Part shown: in pieces, positions 14,058 to 29,548 of the stretch | Position numbering within the stretch: the first letter of the stretch is position 1 | Layout of the letters: the number at the start of each line of letters is the position of its first letter | DNA from: Octopus vulgaris | Taxonomy: Eukaryota | Direction: 5' to 3' | DNA: 64,000 nt | Assembly: GCA_951406725.2 (NCBI GenBank) | Contig: OX597815.1 | Coordinates: forward strand, 168,206,001 to 168,270,000 | Notes under the pieces: generated by a model | The model's input: only the letters and a program-made list of their open reading frames with translations | The model's database searches: none | Told to the model about the DNA's origin: nothing | Translations under genes and position numbers: made by a program

Positions 14058-14312
14058 AATTGAAAGAGGGGGTAATATGCCCTATCCATAAGGGAGGTAG
14101 CAGAGCAGATGCTAAACATTATAGGCCTATCTCTCTGACCTCACACATCAGCAAAGTCATGGAACGAATAGTCCGTAAGAAACTAATCATGTTCCTTGAA
14201 GAAAATGACTTGCTGTCTGACACCCAGCATGGATTTCGACCAGGTAGAAGCTGCCTAACACAGCTCCTGCAACACTATGACTGGGTGTTGAAACAGCTAC
14301 TAAATGGCTCAA
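14058..14312 (+). mobile_element. CR1-group LINE, RT N-terminal fragment
   Basis: PIHKGGSRADAKHYRPISLTSHISKVMERIV...QHGFRPGRSCLTQLL. Confidence 0.82.
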
Positions 14313-14347
14313 ATATATATACACACTCACATATATATATACATACA

Positions 14348-14396
14348 TAATCATGTCGGGTGACAATTACCTATAAGTATCACCTCTTCAGTTTAT
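14348..14396 (-). ncRNA. Degenerate HHR-like motif
   Basis: Minus strand: CTGAAGA GGTGA...TCACC cgacatgatt; GAAA is damaged. Confidence 0.3.
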
Positions 14397-14505
14397 ATAC
14401 AAAATACAAAAATACATTAATCTATTCAACATCAGCTTATACAACATACACCTATCGACCGTAAATATGTTTAAATTCCTCTGAATAAATGACTGTGAAT
14501 GTGTG

Positions 14506-14552
<47 letters not shown>

Positions 14553-14574
14553 ATATATATATAAAGAAAAATAA

Positions 14575-14617
<43 letters not shown>

Positions 14618-14618
<1 letters not shown>

Positions 14619-14750
14619 GACGGCTTCTTTCAATTTCCGTCCACTCGCAAGGGTTTGGCCGGCCCGAGGCTATAGAAGACATCTGCCCAATGTCTTATGC
14701 AGTGTGACTGAAACCGGAACCATGTGGTTAGGAAGCAAACTTCTTAACTC
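14618..14750 (-). mobile_element. SINE family 1, 5' fragment
   Basis: Similar to the head of family 1. Confidence 0.6.
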
Positions 14751-14884
14751 ACAATGTAGATAAATGAATAGGTTGTTTGGCATGTACGTATGTACGTATG
14801 CATGTATGTATGTATGTATGTATGTATGTATGTATGTATGTATGTATGTATGTATGTGTGTATGTATGTATGTATGTATGTATG

Positions 14885-14915
<31 letters not shown>

Positions 14916-15387
14916 CTGTATGCACAACCTCCAGATGTGTCACAATGTAACTTACATATATGTCACATTTTACTTTTGTGATATATCTGAGGACTAACCT
15001 TCCTATTTGCTAAATTCACACAGCCATGAATTCATAACACTGATTCCCTATTTAGCTAATTATCATCACTGATTAACTATTTTATCATCACTGATTAATT
15101 ATCTACTGTCTACATTTATACGCGCCTTTATCCTATATTGCTCCTTACACGTATTTTCGCATCCTACCTTACTATTTATGCCCCTAGTAAACCACTCTCA
15201 AAGAGGTTTCTGTTACTTTTCAACGACAATAATTATTAGAGCAAGAAAAGCGACGAGCTTGCTGAATAGCTAATGAGCCGGACAAAATGTTTAGTGGCAC
15301 TTCCTCCAGCTTTATGTTCTGCATTCAAGTGGCGCCAAGGTCGAGTTTGCCTTTTATCCTCTCGAGATCAATAAAATAAGCACTAGC

Positions 15388-16049
15388 CAGTGGCGGCTCG
15401 TATATAGGAACTGCAGAAATGCAGCAACCCCTATTTCCACTCGATATTATTGATAACATTCAATATAACGAGTCCTTTTTTTCTTTAATTCTTTCTTTAT
15501 ACTTGTACATTAAGCTTAATGTCAGTAGCCATCCCTTAGTTTATGAAAAAATACAAAAATCTTGGTATAGAACTGTGTGCATTTCCAGCGACGCGATGTT
15601 TGGCTCACATGTCCGAGATAAGAAGCTTCACACTAGGGAGAGAGAGCACTGCGTGAACGACAGTGCCGGGTGAAAGGTAGTGTTTCTTTTTGACTGTGTT
15701 GTGCATAAAAATGTGTTTATATTCTTGAATGTGATAACGTGTAGAATTAGATTATTATCCTGCTTTCAGCTTCAGTGTTGCTGCCAGGATTTGAAAAATA
15801 AGGCATATTCCCCACCACCACCACCACCCGCCTTATTTGGTGGTTTGGAGGGGGGGAGCTTGAAAAACAAGGGGGAATTCGCGGTAAAGTTCAGTGAACA
15901 AATTAAACACTCTACCTGGCAGTGGCTAAAATGCGAACTGATCAAGTTTATGTATAAATTTTCTTTTTAGACGTTTGTTTCCTTTTACACAATATTAAAA
16001 CAACGACAAAAAATTTTCTGAAGCAGCACCCCAACTAATTTTAGTACTG
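15388..16049. mobile_element. Probable non-autonomous hAT-type DNA transposon inserted into a family 2 SINE (15245-16140)
   Basis: Starts CAGTGGCGGCTCG and ends ...TACTG; flanks gcactagc / gtactagg resemble an 8-bp TSD; SINE sequence resumes afterwards. Confidence 0.45.
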
Positions 16050-16218
16050 GTACTAGGCAAAAAAAGAAAAAAATGGAGTCAATGATATCGATTTACCTCT
16101 TCCCTTGGCCTTGCTGGCCTTGTTCCAAAATTTGAGACCATTACATGTATGTATATATGCATGCATGAATGTATGCATGTATGAATGCATGCATGTATAT
16201 ACTCATGCATATGTATGC

Positions 16219-16251
<33 letters not shown>

Positions 16252-16356
16252 TGTATGTATGTATGTATGTATGCACATATGTATATCTTCATGTATGTAT
16301 GCATACACTTTGAAAGTAGATTCCGTTACTTTTCGACGATAGATTATGAGCCAAGT

Positions 16357-16570
16357 AAGACGACGAGGTGGTTGAATAGCTAATGCGCCGGACAGAATAC
16401 TTAGCAGCATTTCTTATGGCTTTACGTTCTGAGTTCAAATGCCGCCAAGGTCGAGTTTACTTTTTTCATCCTTTCGGAATCGTTGAAATAAGTACTAGGC
16501 AAAAAACTGGAGTCGATGATATCAATTGACCTCTTCCCCTGGCCTTGCCCCAATATCTGAAACCATTATT
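16357..16570 (+). mobile_element. tRNA-derived SINE, family 2 (diverged)
   Basis: ttacgttctgagttcaaatgccgccaaggtcgag...catcctttcgg. Confidence 0.7.
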
Positions 16571-16787
16571 CCTCGGTGACATGAATTGATCACTTCGTTT
16601 TTTCATCCGTTCTTGGTTGATATATACGCTTACTTCTCATGATAACAAAAACGTTTGAAGAGAAGAATAATCATCAAAATAAATACCTAGATGCCCGCCG
16701 TAAAGTGAAATTGTAAATATTCCATATCTTCTTTTGGAGGTATATTTCAGTTCCATTCTTTCCTCCTGTTTGTACACTTCATGTCTC

Positions 16788-16899
<112 letters not shown>

Positions 16900-17346
16900 G
16901 TTTGTTTGTCTGCTTGTCTATTTATCTTTCAGTTTATATATATATCTGTTTATTTATCTGTTCATCTATCTAGCTACCTAGCTGTTTATATATCTATCTA
17001 TTTATATGTGTTTATTTATATATATATATATATGTGTGTGTATGTGTCTGTGTATTGTGTGTGTATATGTATGTATATATATGTATTTATGTATATATAT
17101 ATATGTAATGTATGTATATATATATATCTGTTCAACTATGTATATATTTTTGTGAATATATACATATATGCGTATATGCGTGAATGTGTGTGCGCTTGGT
17201 AAAACAAATAGAACTCGATTCTAGCGTGTATATACTATTTTATTATTCTAAATCATCAGAAAGTTACAAAAGGGTCACTTACTCTTTTGACACTGAGCAC
17301 TGTCAGCCATGAGACATATTTCTAACTTTCTGCCGATTGAAATTGT

Positions 17347-17445
<99 letters not shown>

Positions 17446-17519
17446 TTTTAATATTTCACTTGGGCATTGTAGAACTCAATAGACGTAAGCTTTCAAACGA
17501 AGTGTTAGTCGGGTACAGT

Positions 17520-17715
17520 ACGATTATAAGAAAAGATACGACAAAAGAATAATAGATTATCATATGAACTTCACTAGCTTACAGCTGTTTCCATTAATAA
17601 GATGCTGTGAATTCATAGCTGAGTGCCTAACACCACATCTTATTGTAGAAACAGCTGTAAGCTAATGGAGTTTGTCAGATTCTCCGTTATTCCTTTGTCA
17701 TCTCTTTTATAATAT
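17520..17715 (+). repeat. Diverged hairpin element with HHR remnant (related sequence at about 6060-6260)
   Basis: tagcttacagctgtttc / gaaacagctgtaagcta; tagct ... GAAA CAGCTG TA agcta. Confidence 0.65.
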
Positions 17716-18076
17716 ATATATATATACATATATACATACATACATACATACATACATACATACATACATACATACATACATACATACATACAGATGTATG
17801 TACATATGTGTGTGAGGGCGTGTCTGCCTCACCACCGTTTTACATGTATTGGTTTGTTTACATCCACCATAACTCAGCAGTTCGACGAAAGTGACTGATA
17901 GGATATGTATCAGGCTTTAAAAAAATAAGTACCAGTGGTAATTTATTCGACTAAATCGTTCAAGCCGGTCTTGCCTCAGTCCAGTGGCTGAAACAGATAA
18001 TCGATAAGAATCCATCGGCGAACTTGACCGATGCATGTATGTATAAGTATGTATATATTATAGATATACATACTAA

Positions 18077-18181
<105 letters not shown>

Positions 18182-18539
18182 TGTACGTATGTATGTATGT
18201 ACGTATATATGTATATGTCTTCTAATTTTGTTTCCGGGAAACGCTTTAAATATGCAAATAAATCTCCTATTCCATTATGCCGGCCGCAGTCTAATGATGC
18301 TGACTGGTGAACTAGTTTTTGGGAGGGTTGTATCGTGTTGTACCGATATAATGTAGGATAAATATTGTAATAATAACTATAATCCTTGTATGGAATTTAT
18401 AAACACTTTGATGCATCGCTACGCGCGTTTCTATAAATCTCATGTCTCTTAAGATTATATCGGATAGATCTTCATGGATTGATCATTAGGGATCGTTATC
18501 ACAGAAATGTCAATATGAAGTGTAAAGGGGAGGACAGGT

Positions 18540-19722
18540 GAGGTTTACCCGTGGAAAGAAAAGCCTACGGAAAAGACCACGGTAACCTCGGTCAATGAAG
18601 TCGCATGTTATATTTCTTTTTTTTTGCAAATAAGCAACTCTCTGTATTAATTTTTACGGTTCATAGAATCATAGTCAAGGTGGCTTCGTCATTCATACGT
18701 GCAATCCTTGCTACATTCACCCATCTTTTTTTAAAACATTCACTAGACAAAACTTGCCTCTCTACTCTCACTTTCCTCTTCAAGTGATACTTGAAGAAGT
18801 TGATGAGAGATTGATCAGAGAGGAAAGTGTTTGTCTCTAATCCTTTCAGGCGCGTCCACCAGATACATTCTTTCGCCATAGCCACAAGTATGATAAAAAT
18901 AGCCCTTCCTTCCCGTTTGAAGGAAGGAGGCGTGACGATATTAACGATAGCCTCGGCTGATAAACCGACACGTCCCACACGTGACAGCAGTCGTTCGACA
19001 TAAGCCCACAGGTCGGAGATTGTTGGACACTGCACGATTGCGTGCAGAGCGGTTTCGTCGCTCTGCCCGCATCTCGGGCAGGTCGGCCCCGTGTTTCTCG
19101 AGCCATACCTATAGAGCTTATCCCGAACGGGTAGCGCTTCTCGGTAGCACCGCCAGGCCAGGGATCTCTGGAAGTTATCCATAGGTCCCGGCCCGAAAGT
19201 CGTTTCAAACAGGCGGGTCGGGTATTCCTCGTCGACGCCCAGGTTTGCCCCAAGATCGTCGTCGTACCTCCCCTCCACTAATCCCCTATAGAATGCTTTG
19301 GTTGTTTTGAAGTCACTCAATGTCGACCTGGGACGGCAGAGTTGCTTGAGAGCAACGCGACACTCGCGGTGCCATTCGCCCTTCCTCGGCCTCTTTTTGA
19401 TCTACGACTGCAGTTCGGTCATGGAGACGAGCTGCGGGAACGCGTGCCTCACAAACGGCGACCACACCTGTTCACCGTCGTCTACATAGAGCCGGAGATG
19501 TCGCAGTCTCAGCGCGTGTCTGTGCATCATCAACCATGGCATGCCCAGCCCTCCTTTTAACGGGTGTTGACAACAAATGATGCATCGGGACGCATCCTTT
19601 CCACAAGAAGCGGAAGAGAATGCGTTCTAGTTTGGTGATGATAGGGTCGGGACAAGGTACGACGGTCATGCGGTAGTAGATGATGGACGCGATGTACATG
19701 TTCACCACCTCCGCCCGACCTT
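18540..19722 (-). mobile_element. L1/Tx1-clade LINE, 3' part of ORF2
   Basis: FRFLWKG, LAWRCYREALPVRDKL, zinc-binding CPRCGQSDETALHAIVQC; 5' junction at (GATA)n. Confidence 0.85.
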
Positions 19723-19723
19723 C

Positions 19724-19799
<76 letters not shown>

Positions 19800-20119
19800 C
19801 GACGGGCTTTCACAGAGTTTATCGTCTATTAAATTCACTCACAAAGGCACTGGTTGGACAGGAGCCATTGTAGAAGACACTTGCCCGATTACCGCGCAGT
19901 GGGACTGAACCCGAAACCTCATTGCAGCGAAACAAGCTTCTTAGTTAGTTACATAAGATATTTTAGAAGAAAGAATGAAACATTTTCCGTGCAAGAATTT
20001 TCTAAATCTGATCCTTTATTTTAAATCGACAAAAAAGTAAAAGAACCTAAAAAGTCGTTATGGTTCTTCGAGAAAGAACTCAATACGAAAATGTAGATTC
20101 TAATTATTATTTTAAAGCT

Positions 20120-20940
20120 GAAAAAGTCGGTGACCTGGTAGAATTATTTATTGCATCGGACAAAATTCTTAGCGGCATTTTGTTCGTCTTCAAGCTCTGA
20201 GTTCAAATTCCGCAGAGGTCGAATTGGCCTTTCATTCTCTCGGAATCGATAAAAATAAGTACCAGTTGAACACTGAGGTTCGATATAATCGACTAAACCC
20301 GCCCCCAAATTTCAGGCCTCGTGAAAGAATTTAAAAGTAGAAAAAATTTTAAAGCGGCGAGCTGGCACAAACGTTAGCGCGCCGGCAGAAATGCTTAGCG
20401 GTATTTCGCCTCTCGTTACGTTGTGAGTTCAAATTCCGCCGAGGTCGACTTTGCCTTTCATCCTTTCGGGGTCGATAAATTAAGTACCAGTTACGCAAAG
20501 GGGTCGATATAATCGACTTAATACCTATGTCTGTCCTTGTTTGTCCTCTCTGTGTTTAGCCCCTTGTGGGTAGTAAAGAAATAGGTATTTCGTCTGCCGC
20601 TACGTTCTGAGTTCAAATTCAGCCGAGGTCGACTTTGCCTTTCATCCTTTCGAGATCGATTAAATTAGCACCAGTTACGCACTGGGGTCGATGTAATCGA
20701 CTTAATCCCTTTGTCTGTCCTTGTTTGTCCTCTCTGTGTTTAGCCCCTTGTGGGTAGTAAAGAAATAGGCACTTCTCTTTTACACGTACCGACTTCAAAT
20801 ACCGTTAAAGTCAACTTTACCTTTCATCGACCGGATTGTTAAAGTAAATACAAATCAGGTACTGAGATCGATGTAATCGACTAGCCGCCTCCCCCTAGAT
20901 TTCTGGTGTTACGCCTATATAAAAGAAAGGGTTATTCTAA
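20120..20940 (+). mobile_element. Cluster of family 2 SINEs, including an internal duplication of about 184 bp
   Basis: aaggcggcgagctggca...gagttcaaattccgccgaggtcgactttgcctttcatcctttcggggtcgataa repeated. Confidence 0.85.
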
Positions 20941-21222
20941 AGCAGAAGTATGTACGCTTTGGTTAAATTACACTTTGCTTCAACTTAAAAACCGATTTTT
21001 CAGGTAATGGTTTTAAATGATCTTAATTGATAGGTTAAGATAGCAATTAAAAATGTTGTTTCCTCAAATAAATCTCGAATATTTCACGGAGCAAATAATT
21101 CGAAATTTATTTGAAAACGAAAAGTATTTTAACCAATTTTCTATCTCAATAATTAACGCTTATATGTCTATATGTAGCATTCCCTACGAGAGCGAATTTA
21201 TGTAGAATCTAGTACTAATATT

Positions 21223-21274
<52 letters not shown>

Positions 21275-21279
<5 letters not shown>

Positions 21280-21959
21280 AATCAGTGGAACGGCCATAAT
21301 AGGCCATTCACCCACTAGAAATAACAGCCAAAGCTTCAACCGCAAAATAACATTAATTCCGCAAACCAGGAGAAAATTAAAAAACATTTACCCTGTAGTT
21401 TCTTATACGATGCACCGTTTCATCTATTGTTTAATGGTAAACTAACCTGATTAAATTAAATCAAGCCAATCTTCCATAGGCCGATAGATTCGTCAGTAAG
21501 AAGCAGCCAGATCGGCTTATATTTATTTGCTGCCGATAAATTTAGCGCGAGTGCGATGATTTGAAAATTTTAGGGCAGATATTGCCGAGGCAGGGATGGA
21601 AGTGCCTCGTGATAATATCTGTTCCGATCTGGCTGCTTCTTACTGACGAATCTATCGGCCTATGGAAGATTGGCTTGATTTAATTTAATCAGGTTAATTT
21701 ACCATTAAACAATAGATGAAACGGTGCATCGTATAAGAAACAACAGGGTAAATGTTTTTTTTAATTTTCTCCTGGTTTGCGGAATTAATGTTATTTTGCG
21801 GTTGAAGCTTTGGCTGTTATTTCTAGTGGGTGAATGGCCTATTATGGCCGTTCCTTGATTGTGATGTTGAACTTATAAATGGTCTATGACTATTTAATTT
21901 TTTCCCACTAGGCCGCTGGTGGCAAAAAATTCTACAAAATTTTTTGCCACCCTATATTG

Positions 21960-21965
<6 letters not shown>
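21275..21965 (+). mobile_element. TA-flanked fold-back element (arms 21275-21515 and 21624-21865) with canonical HHR
   Basis: Near-perfect arms of about 240 bp; 3' extension ends in the hairpin ggtggcaaaaaatt/aattttttgccacc; related end at about 8855-8930 (-). Confidence 0.9.
21637..21739 (+). ncRNA. Type I hammerhead ribozyme
   Basis: ttctta CTGACGA ATCTA...TAGAT GAAA CGGTGCATCG TA taagaa; mirrored on the minus strand in the left arm. Confidence 0.88.
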
Positions 21966-22008
<43 letters not shown>

Positions 22009-22060
22009 TAGATAGATAGATAGATAGATAGATACATACATACATACATACATACATACA

Positions 22061-22092
<32 letters not shown>

Positions 22093-22120
22093 CATACAAT
22101 ACAGATACAGACAAAGACAA

Positions 22121-22183
<63 letters not shown>

Positions 22184-22563
22184 TGAATGCATCAGAAGAT
22201 GAATGGAAATGTGTGTGCGTGTATGTGTGTGCGCGCGTGCGTACGTGCGTGTGTGTGTGTGTAGAATATGAAATAAAAATTCCTTGGTACAGTATTGTAT
22301 ATTTGAAAAGATAATAAATAGAAATTGCTTTTCTGATAATTTTTCCACTTTAATAATTAGATGTTGCGGAAAAATTATCAAAAGAGCCATTTCTATTCAT
22401 TTAAAAAAAAATATATTTATATATATATATAGGCGTAGGCTCGAAACGTAAAAGACTTGTTTTATTTTTATTTATATTCCTGAGCGCCATACTAATACAA
22501 TTGTTTGTTTGTACTCCACCTGCCTTCGTCTTTTGTTTATTTTCATAAAGCTTCCCGTTATAT

Positions 22564-22727
22564 AGGCGTAGGAGTGGCTGTGTGGTAAGTAGCTTGCTAA
22601 CCAACCACGTGGTTCCGGGTTCACTCCCACTGCGTGGCACCTTGGGCAAGTGTCTCCTGCTATAGCCCCGGGCCGACCAATGCCTTGTGAGTGGATTTGG
22701 TAGACGGAAACTGAAAGAAGCCTGTCG

Positions 22728-22762
<35 letters not shown>

Positions 22763-22978
22763 ATGTGTTTGTGTGTCTGTGTTTGTCCCCCTAGCATTGC
22801 TTGACAACAGATGCTGGTGTGTTTACGTCCCCGTCACTTAGCGGTTCGGCAAAAGAGACCGATAGAATAAGTACTGGGCTTACAAAGAATAAGTCCCGGG
22901 GTCGATTTGCTCGACTAAAGGCGGTGCTCCAGCATGGCCGCAGTCAAATGACTGAAACAAGTAAAAGAGTAAAAGAGT
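22564..22978 (+). mobile_element. tRNA-derived SINE, family 1 (full length)
   Basis: Head, body and LINE-like tail as in 11047-11452. Confidence 0.88.
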
Positions 22979-23221
22979 ATATATATAAAATACAAAAATG
23001 GGACAAGAATGCAAACCATCCAGACAGTTAGGTGAAACAACAAAAAGAAAAACAAAATATCCAGACAGACGATATAAGGAAAACAAGAACGGATCATTCG
23101 GAGTTTTCTATCCTCAGTCGAGTTCCAAATTGTCTTTGCAATTTCGTCTGGTTATACCCTGGATTGCTCCAATCTGGCCAGCTTTAAGGAAAAATAAGCT
23201 AAGAGCATTACATTCCTTGAA

Positions 23222-23278
<57 letters not shown>

Positions 23279-23284
23279 AGATCG

Positions 23285-24708
<1,424 letters not shown>

Positions 24709-24996
24709 ATATATATATATATGTATGTATAATTCATGATATAATGTATGACTAAAGATGCATATACACATACAAATATTTGATGTACAATATACACAAA
24801 TGCAGGGTGCATTCATTCAACTAACTGTTCTCTATAAATAAGAATTGGTAATTCCAGAAGCCTGAAGGAGTCGGGCTCCGTCAGGGGCCTGCGAAACTTG
24901 AAGGAGCACGCAAGGTGTTTTAAATAATACATTAATCTCCCACTAAATGTGTTGGGTTACTTTTTCTTTCGTTAGTCCACTCGCTCGTTTACATAC

Positions 24997-25115
<119 letters not shown>

Positions 25116-25480
25116 GCCATATATATGGAAAAGCGGATGGCGGGTCTGTGATTTTTGAACGCACCAAAAAGCTCTCAGTGGATATACTTTGCTTTGAGGC
25201 TGTCGGTGCCGCCGCTACCACGCTGAGCAATCAGCAGACATAGGGATTACATCTATGTGATAAATTAAGCCTGTTGGCGCGCTCAGTAGTACCACATGAG
25301 AGAAATCTACATGAAAGAAATTACCTGCTAAGTGGTGTGGATTGGCAAGGAAGTGCTTGAAAACAACACTGTCATGCGATATTTCGGTTTGCAATCAATA
25401 GTCGTGGCTCAATCGTGCACTTCTTCGCGTAAAAAGCATGCGACCATTGTGAGGACAACTCAACTCTCAAACGAAAACAA

Positions 25481-25994
25481 TTCTTATTTCTTTATTGCCC
25501 ACAAGGGGCTAAACATAGAGGGGACAAACAAGGACAGACAAACGGATTAACTCGATTACATCGACACCAGTACGTAACTGGTACTTAATTTATCGACCCC
25601 GAAAGGAGGAAAGGCAAAGTCGACCTCAGCGGAATTTGAACTCAGAACGTAGCGGCAGACGAAATACCTATTTCTTTACTACCCTCGGTCTCTAACTAAT
25701 TTTTTAAAAAGGTGAATAAGCAAGCATTACATTCGACGGTAACTGGAATGCCAAAGGGTTATTCATCTTAGTGAAGATCAAGTTAACTTCTTCAAAGAGG
25801 ACAAACAAGGAAAGACAAACGGATTAAGTCGATTATAACGACCCCAGTGCATAACTGGTACTTATTTAATCGACCCCGAAAGGATGAAAGGCAAAGTTGA
25901 CCTCGGCGGAATTTGAACTCAGAACGTAGCGGCAGACGAAATACCACTAAGCATTTCGCCCGGCGTGCTAACGATTCTGCCAGCTCGCCGCCTT
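25481..25994 (-). mobile_element. Family 2 SINE with internal duplication and TSD
   Basis: aaacgaaaacaattct is duplicated at about 25469 and 25995. Confidence 0.82.
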
Positions 25995-26421
25995 AAACGA
26001 AAACAATTCTGCATGGAATGTCCGGGCACACAAGGTCACATTAAAGATTCGGTCTCTAACTAACGTGGTTGGGTCTTAGACACTATAAATTAGTAGGTTA
26101 ATGTACATGCAATATTTCAGTTTGTAATCAAAAGCTGAAGAATATTCGTATGGGCTTCGTCTATGCTTAGAAGGAAGACTTTGATACTGAAGCTAAAAGA
26201 AAATGGTTGAATAATTGCTCAGAATTTAACATATTTTAGCAAATTTTTCATAATAAACATAGTACGATCCGAACGGTTTTTCTTCCAACAAATTGTACCT
26301 ACGGTACTTACGGGAACAGGCTATTATTGCTACCACTTATACAACGCAGTTTGAAGTCTACATCGATTCATCCATTTAATACAACCGGCTCATATCATTT
26401 CAGTAGCTGTTTATACATATA

Positions 26422-26757
26422 TTAGATTGACACTTAGGAAAAATGGAAAAGTCTCTTACGTTTCGAGCCTACGCTCTTCAACAGAAAGGAATAAGATAAA
26501 ATAAACAGAGAGAGAATGAAAAAAACTTGTAGATTTCAGCAGTCCAGCATGGCACTGAAATCCACTAGTTTTTTTTCATTCTCTCTCTTTCTCTCTCTCT
26601 CTCTCTCTATTTATTTTCTCTTATTCCTTTCTGTTGAAGAGCGTAGGCTCGAAACGTAAAAGACTTTTCCATTTTTCCCGAGTGTCAAACTAATATACTT
26701 GCTTGTCTTTCATACACCTGTCTTCGTCTTTTGTTTTGCTATAAATTTCAATTATAT
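26422..26757 (+). mobile_element. Family A hairpin with HHR-like motifs on both strands (about 26450-26487 - and 26627-26662 +)
   Basis: acgtttcgagcctacgctcttcaacagaaagg / cctttctgttgaagagcgtaggctcgaaacgt. Confidence 0.8.
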
Positions 26758-26913
26758 ATTATACGCTCACGTGGTTACCTCAGTTTGATCCTTTCGACTT
26801 GCATATCTGAACCATTTCCCAAACTTTCAGCACCTCTCCTCATCCACATACCAACACCCCACCCAGCTTGCCACTGGATCTACTGGCTCTACCTTCACTG
26901 GATTTTTCGTGTG

Positions 26914-26953
<40 letters not shown>

Positions 26954-27258
26954 TAACGTTTCGTTATAACATATGTGTGTGTGCGTGTGTGTGTGTTACA
27001 AAGTGACTCAAGGGTCGAGAGTTTTGTGCTGGCATTTATTGTTTGTATCACTAGACCTGTATGTACGTACGTATGTATGTATATACGTGTATGTGTGTAT
27101 CATGTGCGTGTGCATGCGTGTGTGTACGTGTGTGCATGTGCGTGCGTGTGTGCGTGCATGCGTGCGTGCGTGCATGCGTGAGTGCGTGCAATTGTGCATG
27201 CGTGTATGCGTACGTACGTGCATGCGCGCGTGCGTGCTTGTGTGTGTGTGTGCGCGCA

Positions 27259-27312
<54 letters not shown>

Positions 27313-27717
27313 TATGTGTGCGTGTGTGTCTTTAACTGCAAGTGGTCAAACCAAGATCATTACTCAGTCACGCGTTGAAAGCAGGAATTTGACCTAGAGA
27401 CAATAACTTCTTTCTGTCCATCTTTTTTATCTTTATATAGATTCATTTATATATTAAGAGTAAAAAATAATTGCACAGAAGTTTGACAGAATAACCTACG
27501 GAAAAGCATTTTTTCCGGCATGCTAACGATTAATAATACTTAGAAGAAACAACATAGTGCTTCAAGAGGCGAGAGTTTGTCGAACAGTGTTAGCCTCCAC
27601 CGCTATCACTCCTTGACAGCCGGTGTTGGTTTGTTTACGACCCCGTAACTTAGCAGTTCAAAAGATATAAAAATAAATGTAAATAACAAATTAGATTTTA
27701 ATATAAATATTTCATGT

Positions 27718-27930
27718 AAGGCGGCAATCTGGCAGAATCGTTAGCACGCCGGATAAGATGCTTAGTAGCATTTCTTCCATCTTTACGTTCTGAGTTCGAA
27801 TTCCGCCGAGGTAAACTTTGCCTCCCATTTTTTTTCGCGATCGATGAAATAAATGCCAGTTGAGTACTGGATGCGATATAACCGACTAACCCCCTCTCCG
27901 AAACTGATGGCCTTGCGCTAAAATTTGATC
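27718..27930 (+). mobile_element. Family 2 SINE
   Basis: aaggcggcaatctggcagaatcgttagcacgccgg...gagttcgaattccgccgagg. Confidence 0.75.
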
Positions 27931-28383
27931 AACATGAACATTTCATTTATATGAATGACTGCTGGGAAAGAAGCCATGTATGATATAAGTAACCCTACAT
28001 GAATTGAAATAGCTTTCTTTTTTCTTTTGTTTTTTCTTACCTTGCATGCACTTGCTTTAGTTACTTCATTTTAGATCTATGAATAGAGAGGTTCCACTCA
28101 CAACCACCCATAGATATATATAAAATCTATGACTACATTTTCTATTGAAGTTTTTAAGAATACAGAGTTAACTTGAAAAGATTAGGTTCATATATCGTAC
28201 AAGTCGAGCGATAGCGTAAAGCAACGGACCCCGATCTTTTATTGCACCAGGAAACAGTTCCATGCTCGACAATTTTTCAACGGACAGCGGGGATCACGCG
28301 CATAGCGAAACACAATAAAGCACATAATATATAATTTAATTATTACGTATATAATGAATACATACATACATGCATACATGCAT

Positions 28384-28447
<64 letters not shown>

Positions 28448-28793
28448 GAGAAAAAAATCAATCAGAAAGGAACTCTATCTCACTCAAAATATCTTTTGAT
28501 AAGCATAACAAATGCGCAACCGGTAAACTCTTACTTTTTTTATCCTACACTGAAATCTGACATTGAACTTTTCCACAAAAAACTGTATATTACACGCTTT
28601 TACTAAATATCTTATTCTGAAACAGAACACTGTAAAAGACTCTTACTTTTTCTTATACACTGAAATCATTCAGAAAAAATGAACATTGTATTCTAACCCA
28701 ATTTTTCTCTTTTTTTGTTTAAAAAAAGAACTTTCACCTAATTAAATACACTCTCCCTTACTTAAATTATTTTGTCAGCATTTTCTTCATTTC

Positions 28794-28856
<63 letters not shown>

Positions 28857-28904
28857 CTAGTTCTGTATCTAGTTCTGGAAATTGTGTTTTGTAAACGACA
28901 GACA

Positions 28905-28974
28905 ATGCTGATGATCTTGCAGATGTTTGCGTGTCCATATACGTAAATATTAACAAGTGAAACCAATGGTACAT
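28905..28974 (+). ncRNA. Type I hammerhead ribozyme in a TA-flanked insert (about 28853-29158)
   Basis: atg CTGATGA t CTTG...CAAG t GAAA CCA a TGG TA cat. Confidence 0.78.
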
Positions 28975-29160
28975 AGGAAATTGTTAATTATTTCGTAAGT
29001 TTTCATTTGTCTTGCTTATTTTTATATTTTGGCTTTTTGCTGAGATTTTTCTTGAGAACACATTCTTGGTGGTAATGGCGATTTGACGTCTATGTTTAGC
29101 ATATAGGCTGTCCACTTTTAGTGGTCAGTCCTCTAAATTTTGTATGTAAATAAATAAATA

Positions 29161-29252
<92 letters not shown>

Positions 29253-29304
29253 CACACGCATAATCACATATAATGCATACATATATCTATATATATACGT
29301 GAAT

Positions 29305-29351
<47 letters not shown>

Positions 29352-29364
29352 TACATACACACAC

Positions 29365-29421
<57 letters not shown>

Positions 29422-29485
29422 TGTATAAATGTACACATCCACATATGCATATATATATATATAAAATGTATGTATGCCTCTCTCA

Positions 29486-29548
<63 letters not shown>

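Noticed and set aside
24857-24910. CTGAAGG...GAAACTTGAAG hammerhead-like motif
   Set aside because: A9 and the UH site are both altered and helix I is only 2 bp
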